A DNA stretch of 20,000 nucleotides from an uncultured virus (IMG/VR IMGVR_UViG_3300046516_000137) (IMGVR_UViG_3300046516_000137), one strand, 5' to 3'. Positions 6,993 through 14,342 are shown, numbered from the stretch's first letter. Made by a program: numbers and translations. Notes: a model not told the origin generated them from the letters alone.

Positions 6993-7021
6993 TTGACACG
7001 CCTCCCTACGTAGACAAGTGT
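6993..7021 (+). promoter_or_regulatory. Putative early promoter
   Basis: TTGACA-17 nt-AAGTGT (compare TAGTGT at 14051); imperfect -10. Confidence 0.5.
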
Positions 7022-7026
7022 GTGTC

Positions 7027-7365
7027 TCGCAAGGCAGCGGGGCGAACGGGAGACAGGCTGTAGCGGCCGGTTGAACGGATCGCATGACCCGCTGAGTACG
7101 GCTAACTGAATAGTGATGCGAACAGAGACAGACAGTCAGAACCTTGGCCACACCGACAACTCTTCGGAACGGGTAGGTGTCAGCCCACGACGGCGAAAGC
7201 CTATACAGCGACTGTATGTCTCGGCCATTCACTCTTGCCCATGGCAGGTAGTCCGGTGGGATCATCTGCTAGTCCCCGGAGTGAGTGGTGATCAAATGCT
7301 TAGTTCGATGCAACTTCCCGCATATGATGCGCGTCATTGTGTGTGGGTTGTTGGACCTAGCTAGG
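7027..7365 (+). ncRNA. Structured leader / candidate ncRNA
   Basis: Multiple nested stems with G-U pairs, GAAA and UUCG loops; no RBS-supported ORF. Confidence 0.5.
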
Positions 7366-7373
7366 GAGAGACC

Positions 7374-7631
7374 ATGAGCAACAAAGCAGAGCGCAAGGCA
7401 ATCGAGCGGCAGATTGTCAACAGTTACAAGGACATGAAGCTGATCCTCAAAGAGGCAGGCATGTCGCTTGACACCGACTGGAGTTACTGGCCGTTGGGTG
7501 CAAAGTGCGTTCACGCTGCCTATGCGGCACTGGGAATCGGTGTGGCATACAACCTGGGCATGGGTCAGTACAGCTATGACAGGTGCGAGCGTGTCATCAA
7601 CGGACTCCAATACAGTACGGAGCTGATCTGA
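7374..7631 (+). CDS. Hypothetical protein (85 aa)
   Basis: GGGAGAG RBS; host-like codon usage. Confidence 0.85.
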   Translation: MSNKAERKAIERQIVNSYKDMKLILKEAGMSLDTDWSYWPLGAKCVHAAYAALGIGVAYNLGMGQYSYDRCERVINGLQYSTELI

Positions 7632-7633
7632 TC

Positions 7634-7798
7634 ATGATCCTTGTTGAACTGACCAGGGAACAGCGCAAGTTCATCGCAGAGGCCACTCAGACCCGTATGG
7701 ATGCCATTCTGGCGAAGGACAGCAACGCATGGACCACAAGCGAGTATGCGGAGCTGGAAAGCCTTATGACGCAGTTGTATGTGGACTGCGCCGAATAG
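7634..7798 (+). CDS. Hypothetical protein (54 aa, MILVELTREQRKF...)
   Basis: ORF track 7583..7798, start at ATG 7634 after GGAG. Confidence 0.75.
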   Translation: MILVELTREQRKFIAEATQTRMDAILAKDSNAWTTSEYAELESLMTQLYVDCAE

Positions 7799-7800
7799 TA

Positions 7801-7872
7801 CTGACCTAGACCCGAAACGCTCTGTATGGAGCGTCTAGCCCTAGTGGAGGGCTACTGACGATGGGTCGTCAG
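7801..7872 (+). ncRNA. Type II hammerhead ribozyme
   Basis: GACCC-GAAA-CGCTC(tgtatg)GAGCG-TC^-TAGCCCT(agtgg)AGGGCTA-CTGACGA-T-GGGTC; complete catalytic core, three stems, GUC cleavage triplet. Confidence 0.9.
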
Positions 7873-7891
7873 GGAACAGAGGAGACAGACC

Positions 7892-8710
7892 ATGATCTAC
7901 ACCAGCAAGCACATCGGCGACAACGGCAGCAAGTCCAAGGTTCACGCGATGCCCGATGACAGTGTTGACGGGCACAAGGCGAAGTGCGGTCGCAAGGTGC
8001 AGTGGCTCAACAATGGTCTGTATGGCACTGACCATGAGATCACCTGTCTCCCCTGCATCAAGGTCATGGAGCGTGAGGATCGGGAGGCGAACACTGACAA
8101 GTTCATCGCCGAGTCGGATGCCCGCTTGGCTGCTGCGGGTATTAGCACTGAGGGAGAGAACATGCGCATTGTCGGCATTCAGAACTACAGCGGTGAGAAC
8201 GTGTTCACCTGTACCAACTGTGTTGCCAGTAGCTCATGGGCACGGGATGTGTTCATGGGTGAGGATGTCGTGTGCTGCACATGTGGTGAGATGCTCGGTT
8301 ATGCGGCTGATTTCAGCGCCGCGATTCGGGAGGACAAGGGTCGCAAGCTTGTTGCTGAAGAGGACCGTTGGTACATGCTGGACAAGGCTCATGGAGAGGC
8401 ACTGAAGATGAACAGTGATCTGTACATGCTGGCGCTGGCAGAGCGTCATGAGACCATCACGGACAACCGGCTTTACCACACTCCGCTGAATCGCTGGGAA
8501 TACCACATTCGCGGCCTGTACGTCTCTCTGCAAGCCATTCCGGTTATCGACTGGGTTTGCTACAGGGTGACTAAGTCGGGCAATCCCAGTAAGTCATACG
8601 AGACATACGACCTTGTGGACGCCATTGCCACGTATGAGGCCATGATCGGTGAGCACATGCACTGGCTTGAGGTCGACAGGCTTGACCGTGAGTGGCACTA
8701 CTCGCACTAG
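7892..8710 (+). CDS. Multi-module Cys-rich hypothetical protein (272 aa) with N-terminal H-CG-CxxC zinc finger
   Basis: GAGGAG RBS; KVHA...AKCG...TCLPC; CTNC...CCTCG. Confidence 0.85.
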   Translation: MIYTSKHIGDNGSKSKVHAMPDDSVDGHKAKCGRKVQWLNNGLYGTDHEITCLPCIKVMEREDREANTDKFIAESDARLAAAGISTEGENMRIVGIQNYSGENVFTCTNCVASSSWARDVFMGEDVVCCTCGEMLGYAADFSAAIREDKGRKLVAEEDRWYMLDKAHGEALKMNSDLYMLALAERHETITDNRLYHTPLNRWEYHIRGLYVSLQAIPVIDWVCYRVTKSGNPSKSYETYDLVDAIATYEAMIGEHMHWLEVDRLDREWHYSH

Positions 8711-8775
8711 ACTTGCCTCTTTAGCCATGCTGTGTGCCTCTGTATGGGGTTCACAGCGTGACTATGGGAGTATGT
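8711..8775 (+). other. Intergenic CUU/UGG hairpin (candidate mRNA processing site)
   Basis: CTT-TAGCCATGCTGTG...CACAGCGTGACTA-TGG. Confidence 0.7.
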
Positions 8776-8810
8776 CTGTACTCTCTGTCCAAAACCTCTT
8801 AGGAGACGAT

Positions 8811-9071
8811 ATGCCGAAGTGTGTTCTCACGTACCTTTTCACTGATGTGACCGGTGCCCAGGATGAGCAGGAGGAGATGGTTTTTGAGGGGGCGACTGCT
8901 GAGGATGTCTTTCAGCAGGTAGTTGCTGATCTCGATCGCACGGCTTCCCAGGATTTCAGCGATGCTGTGCAACTCGCATGGGTGGACGACTTCCATCACC
9001 AGGGCTTCCATTTCACTGTGGCCAACGACAGTGAAGGCATGACTGCCTACCGGTACCACTATATGGACTAG
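8811..9071 (+). CDS. Acidic hypothetical protein (86 aa)
   Basis: AGGAGA RBS before ATG 8811. Confidence 0.8.
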   Translation: MPKCVLTYLFTDVTGAQDEQEEMVFEGATAEDVFQQVVADLDRTASQDFSDAVQLAWVDDFHHQGFHFTVANDSEGMTAYRYHYMD

Positions 9072-9134
9072 TACTTACCCCTTCCCTGCCTCTGAGCGGC
9101 GTTCTGAGCGCTTCTCAGGGGATGGGTGGGAGTA
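9072..9134 (+). other. Intergenic hairpin, CCC/UGG variant
   Basis: ACCC-C-TTCCCTG...CAGGGGA-T-GGGT; same single pyrimidine-pyrimidine mismatch geometry. Confidence 0.5.
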
Positions 9135-9173
9135 TGTCCCAACTGTGTTGTTCGATCTTGTTAGGAGACAACT

Positions 9174-9647
9174 GTGTCCCTCTACACTGTCCGCTCGCGT
9201 GTCAGCCTCACTGGTAAGCCCATTCTGTCCAGCAAAATGGATGAGCAGGACCCTGCCAGCATGCCCGTGCCGCTCGAATTCAAGAGTGCGATGGAAATGC
9301 TGCACTGGTCACTAGCTAATGGTGTATTCGGTCGTGAGTTCTACGCCAATCGCTCTCCCCGCACTCCTGAGGAGATCCGTCTCCGTGATGGAGGGGACGA
9401 ATGGCGTGCCTATCGGGTAAGCGGTGACTGGCCTAAGTGGGAGCTGACCAACGAGAACTATGACGCCATGGTGAGTGCTGCCAAGCGTTACCGTGCGATC
9501 CTCCACTACTTCCGCGAGATTGAGCCTGAGTGGACGTACGTGGAAACCATTCACTACGCGGACAACAGCACCGTGGTTTACGAGATCAATCGCAATGGAC
9601 AGATGCGCTCGCACATGACTGTCTCTCCGCACGGTGACATCTGCTAG
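9174..9647 (+). CDS. Hypothetical protein (157 aa)
   Basis: GTG start with AGGAGA RBS. Confidence 0.8.
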   Translation: MSLYTVRSRVSLTGKPILSSKMDEQDPASMPVPLEFKSAMEMLHWSLANGVFGREFYANRSPRTPEEIRLRDGGDEWRAYRVSGDWPKWELTNENYDAMVSAAKRYRAILHYFREIEPEWTYVETIHYADNSTVVYEINRNGQMRSHMTVSPHGDIC

Positions 9648-9705
9648 TAACAGAACTCTTTGGGCATTCTCAGACTCTCTGAGTGTGTCCATGGGGGATT
9701 GTTGC
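9647..9705 (+). other. Intergenic CUU/UGG hairpin
   Basis: GTAACAG..CT-CTT-TGGGCATTCTCAGA ctc TCTGAGTGTGTCCA-TGG-GG..TTGTTGC. Confidence 0.7.
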
Positions 9706-9743
9706 CCCGACCCTGTTTCAACGTCGCAGAGGAGCACACAGCC

Positions 9744-10043
9744 ATGAACAACGCTGCCGCATTCCGCATGCTTGAGGGACGTCTCTCCGCACATGTCCAG
9801 CGGTTCAACGGCTATGACGTGAGCGCCAATGACTCCGATGAGCAGTATTTCCTTACCACGGAGAAACTGGCACTTGCCAAGGCTGCATTGGAGAGTGCCC
9901 CGGCATTCAAGGTCACGACGCTTGCCCGTTCGTTGGGTGATATCTACCGGACTGTCAAGCACAGCATGAGCGCTGCTGACCTCAAGCGCTGGAATGAGAT
10001 CAATGAGACGTTGGAAGCTCTCTCGGACAAGTACGAGGGATAG
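9744..10043 (+). CDS. Hypothetical helical protein (99 aa)
   Basis: GAGGAG RBS before ATG 9744. Confidence 0.8.
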   Translation: MNNAAAFRMLEGRLSAHVQRFNGYDVSANDSDEQYFLTTEKLALAKAALESAPAFKVTTLARSLGDIYRTVKHSMSAADLKRWNEINETLEALSDKYEG

Positions 10044-10104
10044 CAGCGGAAACGTCAGCCAAGACAGCACAACGACACACACATCCGTCATGAAAGGACA
10101 CATC

Positions 10105-11502
10105 ATGTCTGTCACCTCACTCACTGCCAATGAACTCACCGCCATGCTGTCCAGGATGACCTACTCCATGATTGGCAAGGGAAAGGCTATCCACCTGTCC
10201 AAGGCGGGAACCACCATGTGTGGCAAGTCTGTGGACCTGCACACAGTGAATCCGTCAGACTACCCCGCTTATGACATCTGCAAGCGGTGCATGACCACTG
10301 CTGAGAAGAACTACCGCATGGAGCGCAAGATTTCCTACGGTGTCATGCGTGATGAGGAGTTGGACCGCATGACCTACGGTGGAAAGCCTTTCACTAAGGC
10401 TGAGGAAAAGGCTGCAATTGAGGACGCGATGCAGTATGCGGGAAGGACGACCAATGCGGATATCGCCATTCTCACCGCAGACGGATTCGTTGAGTGCACT
10501 CCCGAAATTCTGGAGAGCGCGCTGAATGGGCTTGTCACACCTAAGCGTGCCTGTGAGTGCTGTGGCACGGAGACAGAGGACTTCGGCGCTCCTGAGGTAC
10601 TCATGTGTGAGCCGTGCGAGGAGCGCCACTGTGAGGCTGATGGACAGTGCTCCTCTGGTGATGCTGACAAGGACCCTGACATTCAGGTGATGCGTCAGTT
10701 GTTCCCTGAGTATTCCGATGAGCAGATTCGGGAGATTCTTGACCGTCCCGAATTCTCTTACCCGAATGAGAACGACTATGCGGATGCTGACGCATTCGAG
10801 TCTGGAATTCGAAATGCCAATGACACAGCGCGGGAAGAGGGATTTGCTGTCTCTTCCCCTGAGTGGCTGGACTGCTTTCAGCGTTCCTATGAGTCCATGC
10901 ACATTGAGAATGAGGACCGACGCATCAATGCCGCATTTGAGGCAGAACAAGATGCCGAATTGACTGCACTTGACGCTGAGTACGACCGTCAGCAGCACAA
11001 TCCCATGGATGAGCGGCACGAGGAATATCTTGTGACGTATCCCTACATGGTTGGGGAGAATCTCGTGTACGCGTGCTGTGAGTCGTCCATCGGTCCTGTC
11101 TGTGAGCATCTGCGTGATGTGTCTGAGGAGTGGCACGTATTCGCCATGGGTGAATGGCACTCCATGATGTACGAGGGTTACGCGCCGATCTGCATTCTCA
11201 TTGACGGTATTTACCAGGATGTTGATTATCGTCATCACGCTGGCGATTGCAACAACATGTGTGTCCTGGGTGATGAGACTCCGATGGAAGACACCATGAA
11301 TGCTCCCGAAATGGTGGAGGCGCGTCTGTCCATTGAGGTTGACGGAATCACGGTTGATCTCGGATTCCACACATTCGAGATTCCCCCGCTGTGTGAGAAG
11401 TCCATTGCGACTCTCTACGGAGAGAAGTATGGGGAATGGAAGCGTCCCGGCATCGTTGAGTGGGATGACGTGCTGACTGTCACAGAGCAGTACGCACTTT
11501 AG
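10105..11502 (+). CDS. Large acidic, Cys-rich modular hypothetical protein (465 aa) with N-terminal H-CG-CxxC zinc finger
   Basis: GAAAGGA RBS before ATG 10105; AIHL...TMCG...ICKRC; CECCG...CEPC; ACCESSIGPVCEH. Confidence 0.85.
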   Translation: MSVTSLTANELTAMLSRMTYSMIGKGKAIHLSKAGTTMCGKSVDLHTVNPSDYPAYDICKRCMTTAEKNYRMERKISYGVMRDEELDRMTYGGKPFTKAEEKAAIEDAMQYAGRTTNADIAILTADGFVECTPEILESALNGLVTPKRACECCGTETEDFGAPEVLMCEPCEERHCEADGQCSSGDADKDPDIQVMRQLFPEYSDEQIREILDRPEFSYPNENDYADADAFESGIRNANDTAREEGFAVSSPEWLDCFQRSYESMHIENEDRRINAAFEAEQDAELTALDAEYDRQQHNPMDERHEEYLVTYPYMVGENLVYACCESSIGPVCEHLRDVSEEWHVFAMGEWHSMMYEGYAPICILIDGIYQDVDYRHHAGDCNNMCVLGDETPMEDTMNAPEMVEARLSIEVDGITVDLGFHTFEIPPLCEKSIATLYGEKYGEWKRPGIVEWDDVLTVTEQYAL

Positions 11503-11593
11503 AACGCCCGTAACAGCCCCTCTGCCGCTTGTACAGGGTGGAGGGGTCCCGTTGGTCCAACCACACAGTTTGATCTTGTTAGAGAGGCATACA

Positions 11594-11965
11594 ATGCAGT
11601 TCATCGTTACAGCACATCCTGAGGCATTCACTGACGTGGACGCTGCTCAGCAGTTCGCTGCGAATTTGGTCCGGGACACAGGAGAGACTCTCTATGTCCT
11701 TCCTGTCGGTAATCGGATGCCCGGTTTCAAGGTTGAGAACGTCGGAATCATGGTGACGTTGGAAGAGGGAGAGGAGACTGAGCAGACAGAGCAGGAATGG
11801 CAAAAGGAATTCGCCTCTGCTCTGGCAGTCGATATGAAGTTTGGTGGTGTGCCCAAGGCACGTGCTGTCAGGCTTTACCGTGATGCATTCCATTGCAGCC
11901 TTGCAGAGTCGCTTATGGCGATTGACATTGCAATCGGGGAACTGAATGCAGGAGAGGACATCTGA
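11594..11965 (+). CDS. Hypothetical protein with C-terminal ribosomal protein bL12-CTD-like helices
   Basis: GAGAGG RBS; KARAVRLYRDAFHCSLAESLMAID resembles K..AIK..R...G.GL.EAK..VE. Confidence 0.7.
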   Translation: MQFIVTAHPEAFTDVDAAQQFAANLVRDTGETLYVLPVGNRMPGFKVENVGIMVTLEEGEETEQTEQEWQKEFASALAVDMKFGGVPKARAVRLYRDAFHCSLAESLMAIDIAIGELNAGEDI

Positions 11966-12141
11966 TGGATGAACAGGACTATTGGGACAGCGTCCATGCC
12001 GAACAGGACGATAACGATTATTGGGGTGAGATGGACGCTGAAGCGGTATACGCAGAGGAAATGGAAATGCTGAATCGTCACGTTGCCAATTGCACAAAGG
12101 CAGAACGTGACGAATACTGCAAGATCTGCATGGAGTACTGA
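11965..12141 (+). CDS. 58 aa very acidic protein with H-x3-C...CxxC
   Basis: Manual translation; TGATG overlap, GGAGAGG RBS. Confidence 0.75.
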   Translation: MDEQDYWDSVHAEQDDNDYWGEMDAEAVYAEEMEMLNRHVANCTKAERDEYCKICMEY

Positions 12142-12142
12142 C

Positions 12143-12289
12143 ATGTGGAATATGCGTACATGTAGGTCTCGCCGAATTCGTGGGTGGCGAATTGTCCGTT
12201 GCTCCTACTTGGCTGACCATGTCCAGAGAAGCAAGTGGCACTGCGACAACACAAATACTGGCTACATTTGGCTAGTGCGAAAGAGATAG
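12143..12289 (+). CDS. 48 aa Arg-rich hypothetical protein
   Basis: GGAG RBS before ATG 12143. Confidence 0.6.
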   Translation: MWNMRTCRSRRIRGWRIVRCSYLADHVQRSKWHCDNTNTGYIWLVRKR

Positions 12290-12296
12290 AACAGAT

Positions 12297-12361
12297 CTGT
12301 ATGCCTTTAGGGGTGCTGTAGGGCTTTCTGAGAGCCTCGCAGCATCTCTATGGACAGACAG
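12297..12361 (+). other. Intergenic CUU/UGG hairpin
   Basis: CTT-TAGGGGTGCTG...CAGCATCTCTA-TGG with basal CTGT/ACAG. Confidence 0.7.
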
Positions 12362-12398
12362 TCCAGCCATAGTATGTAACAGCCTCAGAGGGGCCATT

Positions 12399-12482
12399 GT
12401 GTTCGTTCCTATGTTCATCGCGTCATTCAGCTTGGCCAGTGCTTACTACATCGGCCGTAACCACGGAAGGCAGGGGAAATGA
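12399..12482 (+). CDS. 27 aa single-TM micropeptide
   Basis: Manual translation (V)FVPMFIASFSLASAYYIGRNHGRQGK; GAGGGG RBS; ATGA coupling to the next ORF. Confidence 0.5.
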   Translation: MFVPMFIASFSLASAYYIGRNHGRQGK

Positions 12483-12583
12483 ATCCAGTACTGGAGTCTG
12501 TCCTGTATTACCTGGGCGCATGTGCAGTGACAGGAATTCTGTGGGCTATCGGTGTGACCCTGATCAGGAGGAGCGGGAAATGA
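12479..12583 (+). CDS. 34 aa single-TM micropeptide
   Basis: MNPVLESVLYYLGACAVTGILWAIGVTLIRRSGK; ATGA overlaps at both ends. Confidence 0.65.
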   Translation: MNPVLESVLYYLGACAVTGILWAIGVTLIRRSGK

Positions 12584-12819
12584 ATGCGTGGATTTACGAC
12601 GGATTCAAAGACCAGTATTTCTATGTGTGGGAGGGATTCATTGGCTACGTACGTGAGAACCCTGATCACACGTGGTCTGCCTGTGTGTGGTTGGGTGACG
12701 AGAAGATCAGCCTCAGCCATCCCAAAGAGTCCATGACAGAGGCCATGGTGTACGCTGGTGATGCCATGTGGGATTGGCAGAGCCAGTCTGAGAGGATGAT
12801 GTCTCGGCTGTACGTCTGA
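12580..12819 (+). CDS. Trp-rich hypothetical protein (79 aa)
   Basis: AGGAGG RBS before ATG 12580. Confidence 0.8.
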   Translation: MNAWIYDGFKDQYFYVWEGFIGYVRENPDHTWSACVWLGDEKISLSHPKESMTEAMVYAGDAMWDWQSQSERMMSRLYV

Positions 12820-12828
12820 CCAGCAGAG

Positions 12829-12857
12829 TTGACCAGAAGATGAAAGTTTGGTAGTCT
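12829..12857 (+). promoter_or_regulatory. Sigma70/HrdB-type promoter
   Basis: TTGACC-17 nt-TAGTCT with TG extension. Confidence 0.75.
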
Positions 12858-12902
12858 CTGGTATGTCGAAGCATTACCGTCGAAAAGCAGTTAAGTACTA
12901 AA

Positions 12903-12970
12903 AAACAAGATAGAGAGTTAGGGTTAAATGAATAAACCTTAACTCTCTATTTCTGTTTATCTTTTCTTTT
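12903..12970 (+). terminator. Long AT-rich hairpin with T-rich tail (terminator/attenuator or processing stem)
   Basis: ATAGAGAGTTAGGGTT / AACCTTAACTCTCTAT followed by TTCTGTTTATCTTTTCTTTT. Confidence 0.6.
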
Positions 12971-13024
12971 AGATTAAGAGAAAAACTCTTAGTTTAAATC
13001 AGAGGGTAAATAGGAGGAGAAAAG

Positions 13025-13222
13025 ATGTATTCCTGTTACATTCATTACGATAGTGGAAGAACCTCTAAACTGACTGAAATTGACAAGTTGGATGTTGATA
13101 AGATTATCTACAGTAAAGAGAACACTCAAATCATCACACAGCATTCTCCCAATGGAGATATAACTGTTATTGATATGAGTAAGGTTTACCTGATTGAATT
13201 TCTCTGGGAGGAAAAGAAGTAG
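13025..13222 (+). CDS. 65 aa hypothetical protein
   Basis: AGGAGGAG RBS. Confidence 0.8.
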   Translation: MYSCYIHYDSGRTSKLTEIDKLDVDKIIYSKENTQIITQHSPNGDITVIDMSKVYLIEFLWEEKK

Positions 13223-13458
13223 TGAAAAACTATAAGGTAAAGATTTATCTTAGTGATTTCTCTTTTACCATAACAGCAACCCTTAGTACAGAAGGAATAA
13301 GCCAACTACTTGATGCCATTTACAGTAACAGGACTAGTAAATGGAGAAAGAAGACAACCTTTACTGTTACATCCTCTGGTAGTGATCCCAGTTTTTCATT
13401 TCCTCTGGCAAATGTTTGTCTGATTGAGTTCTCTGAAGTTGTTGAAGGAGAGAAGTAA
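13222..13458 (+). CDS. 78 aa hypothetical protein, possible paralog of 13025..13222
   Basis: GTG start overlapping the stop; shared C-terminal V.LIEF. Confidence 0.75.
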   Translation: MKNYKVKIYLSDFSFTITATLSTEGISQLLDAIYSNRTSKWRKKTTFTVTSSGSDPSFSFPLANVCLIEFSEVVEGEK

Positions 13459-13667
13459 TGAGTACTGAAATTCCCGAGATTCCGTCATTTCCTCTGGATT
13501 TGGACGAATTCGAGATAGCAACTCTGTTGGATGCTCTTATTGAGTATCGCAATAAGGTTGGTTATGAGGAAGAGAGCAAGTACAACTACCGGGTACTCAG
13601 GCTATACACCAAGATTCGTAAGTTCCGTCAACTGACTCGTGAAATGGAAACTAATGAAAATGGGTGA
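13458..13667 (+). CDS. 69 aa hypothetical protein
   Basis: AAGGAG RBS, TAATG overlap. Confidence 0.8.
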   Translation: MSTEIPEIPSFPLDLDEFEIATLLDALIEYRNKVGYEEESKYNYRVLRLYTKIRKFRQLTREMETNENG

Positions 13668-13899
13668 CATTCCTGTTCCTCTGGTTCTCACAAGGGATCA
13701 GATCAGGTTGATCCGTGGTGCTCTGTTTGTCATCAATGACTCCTGCTTTAATTGGACCGTTGATATTGTCAAGGACATTGCAGAGGTTGTTGAACTGATC
13801 GATCATGCCGAAGACAGGGCAACAATCAACAACGCCAAGTTGGTAAAGCCTACACTCTGGCAAGAGATCATTGACTCACTCGCTTGGCCCTACCGCTAG
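13654..13899 (+). CDS. About 81 aa hypothetical protein
   Basis: ORF track 13639..13899; exact start uncertain (13654 or 13660). Confidence 0.7.
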   Translation: MKMGDIPVPLVLTRDQIRLIRGALFVINDSCFNWTVDIVKDIAEVVELIDHAEDRATINNAKLVKPTLWQEIIDSLAWPYR

Positions 13900-13905
13900 A
13901 CCCTG

Positions 13906-13949
13906 AAGACCCTCTAGAACGGCTAGAAATGGCCTCTAGAGGGTCTTTT
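13906..13949 (+). terminator. Intrinsic terminator
   Basis: AAGACCCTCTAGA / TCTAGAGGGTCTT 13 bp stem plus TT. Confidence 0.75.
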
Positions 13950-14027
13950 GCGTTACGGGTGGACTCTTGGACCAACTGAGGTCTGTGAGGCTCTCAGAGG
14001 GGCCGTAGAATCAGTTTGGTACAGGAC

Positions 14028-14056
14028 TTGACCTCCCTGCGGTCGGCATGTAGTGT
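14028..14056 (+). promoter_or_regulatory. Sigma70/HrdB-type promoter
   Basis: TTGACC-17 nt-TAGTGT. Confidence 0.75.
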
Positions 14057-14093
14057 TCTACTTGTCAGCAGGACGAGGGACGGGGTACATAGT

Positions 14094-14342
14094 ATGAATG
14101 ATCGTGAATTCCTGCTTAATCGGGAAAGCAATGCACCTATTGGTATCGGCTCAAATGCTGTTCTTGACCAGGAAGCCGACGGAACAGTCACTATCAAGGG
14201 CTTGACAATGTCCGAAGCCTTCATACTAGTTGTTGGTTTGGGCAGCATGTTCGAAAATGAGAGCATTAGCGCCACTACGGCGATTGCTGTTATAGATCTA
14301 AGAAATGCGCTGATGACAGTACTTGACACGGTGTACCCGTAG
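14094..14342 (+). CDS. 82 aa hypothetical protein
   Basis: ORF track 14016..14342; first ATG downstream of the promoter. Confidence 0.7.
   Translation: MNDREFLLNRESNAPIGIGSNAVLDQEADGTVTIKGLTMSEAFILVVGLGSMFENESISATTAIAVIDLRNALMTVLDTVYP

Noticed and set aside
6426..7364. ORFs 6426..6668, 6716..6955, 6816..7265 and 7113..7364
   Set aside because: No convincing RBS and atypical composition; the region is better explained as regulatory or structured RNA, though a small CDS cannot be fully excluded.
9312..12241. Long minus-strand ORFs (277, 458, 220 aa), and likewise 16827..17384 and 17574..18182
   Set aside because: Antisense shadows of RBS-supported + strand genes; no RBS or recognisable motifs.
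13897..13947. Second hammerhead suggested by CTGAAGA...GAAA
   Set aside because: Stem II does not close next to the core and there is no UH cleavage site before the stem I partner; the sequence is explained by a 13 bp terminator stem.
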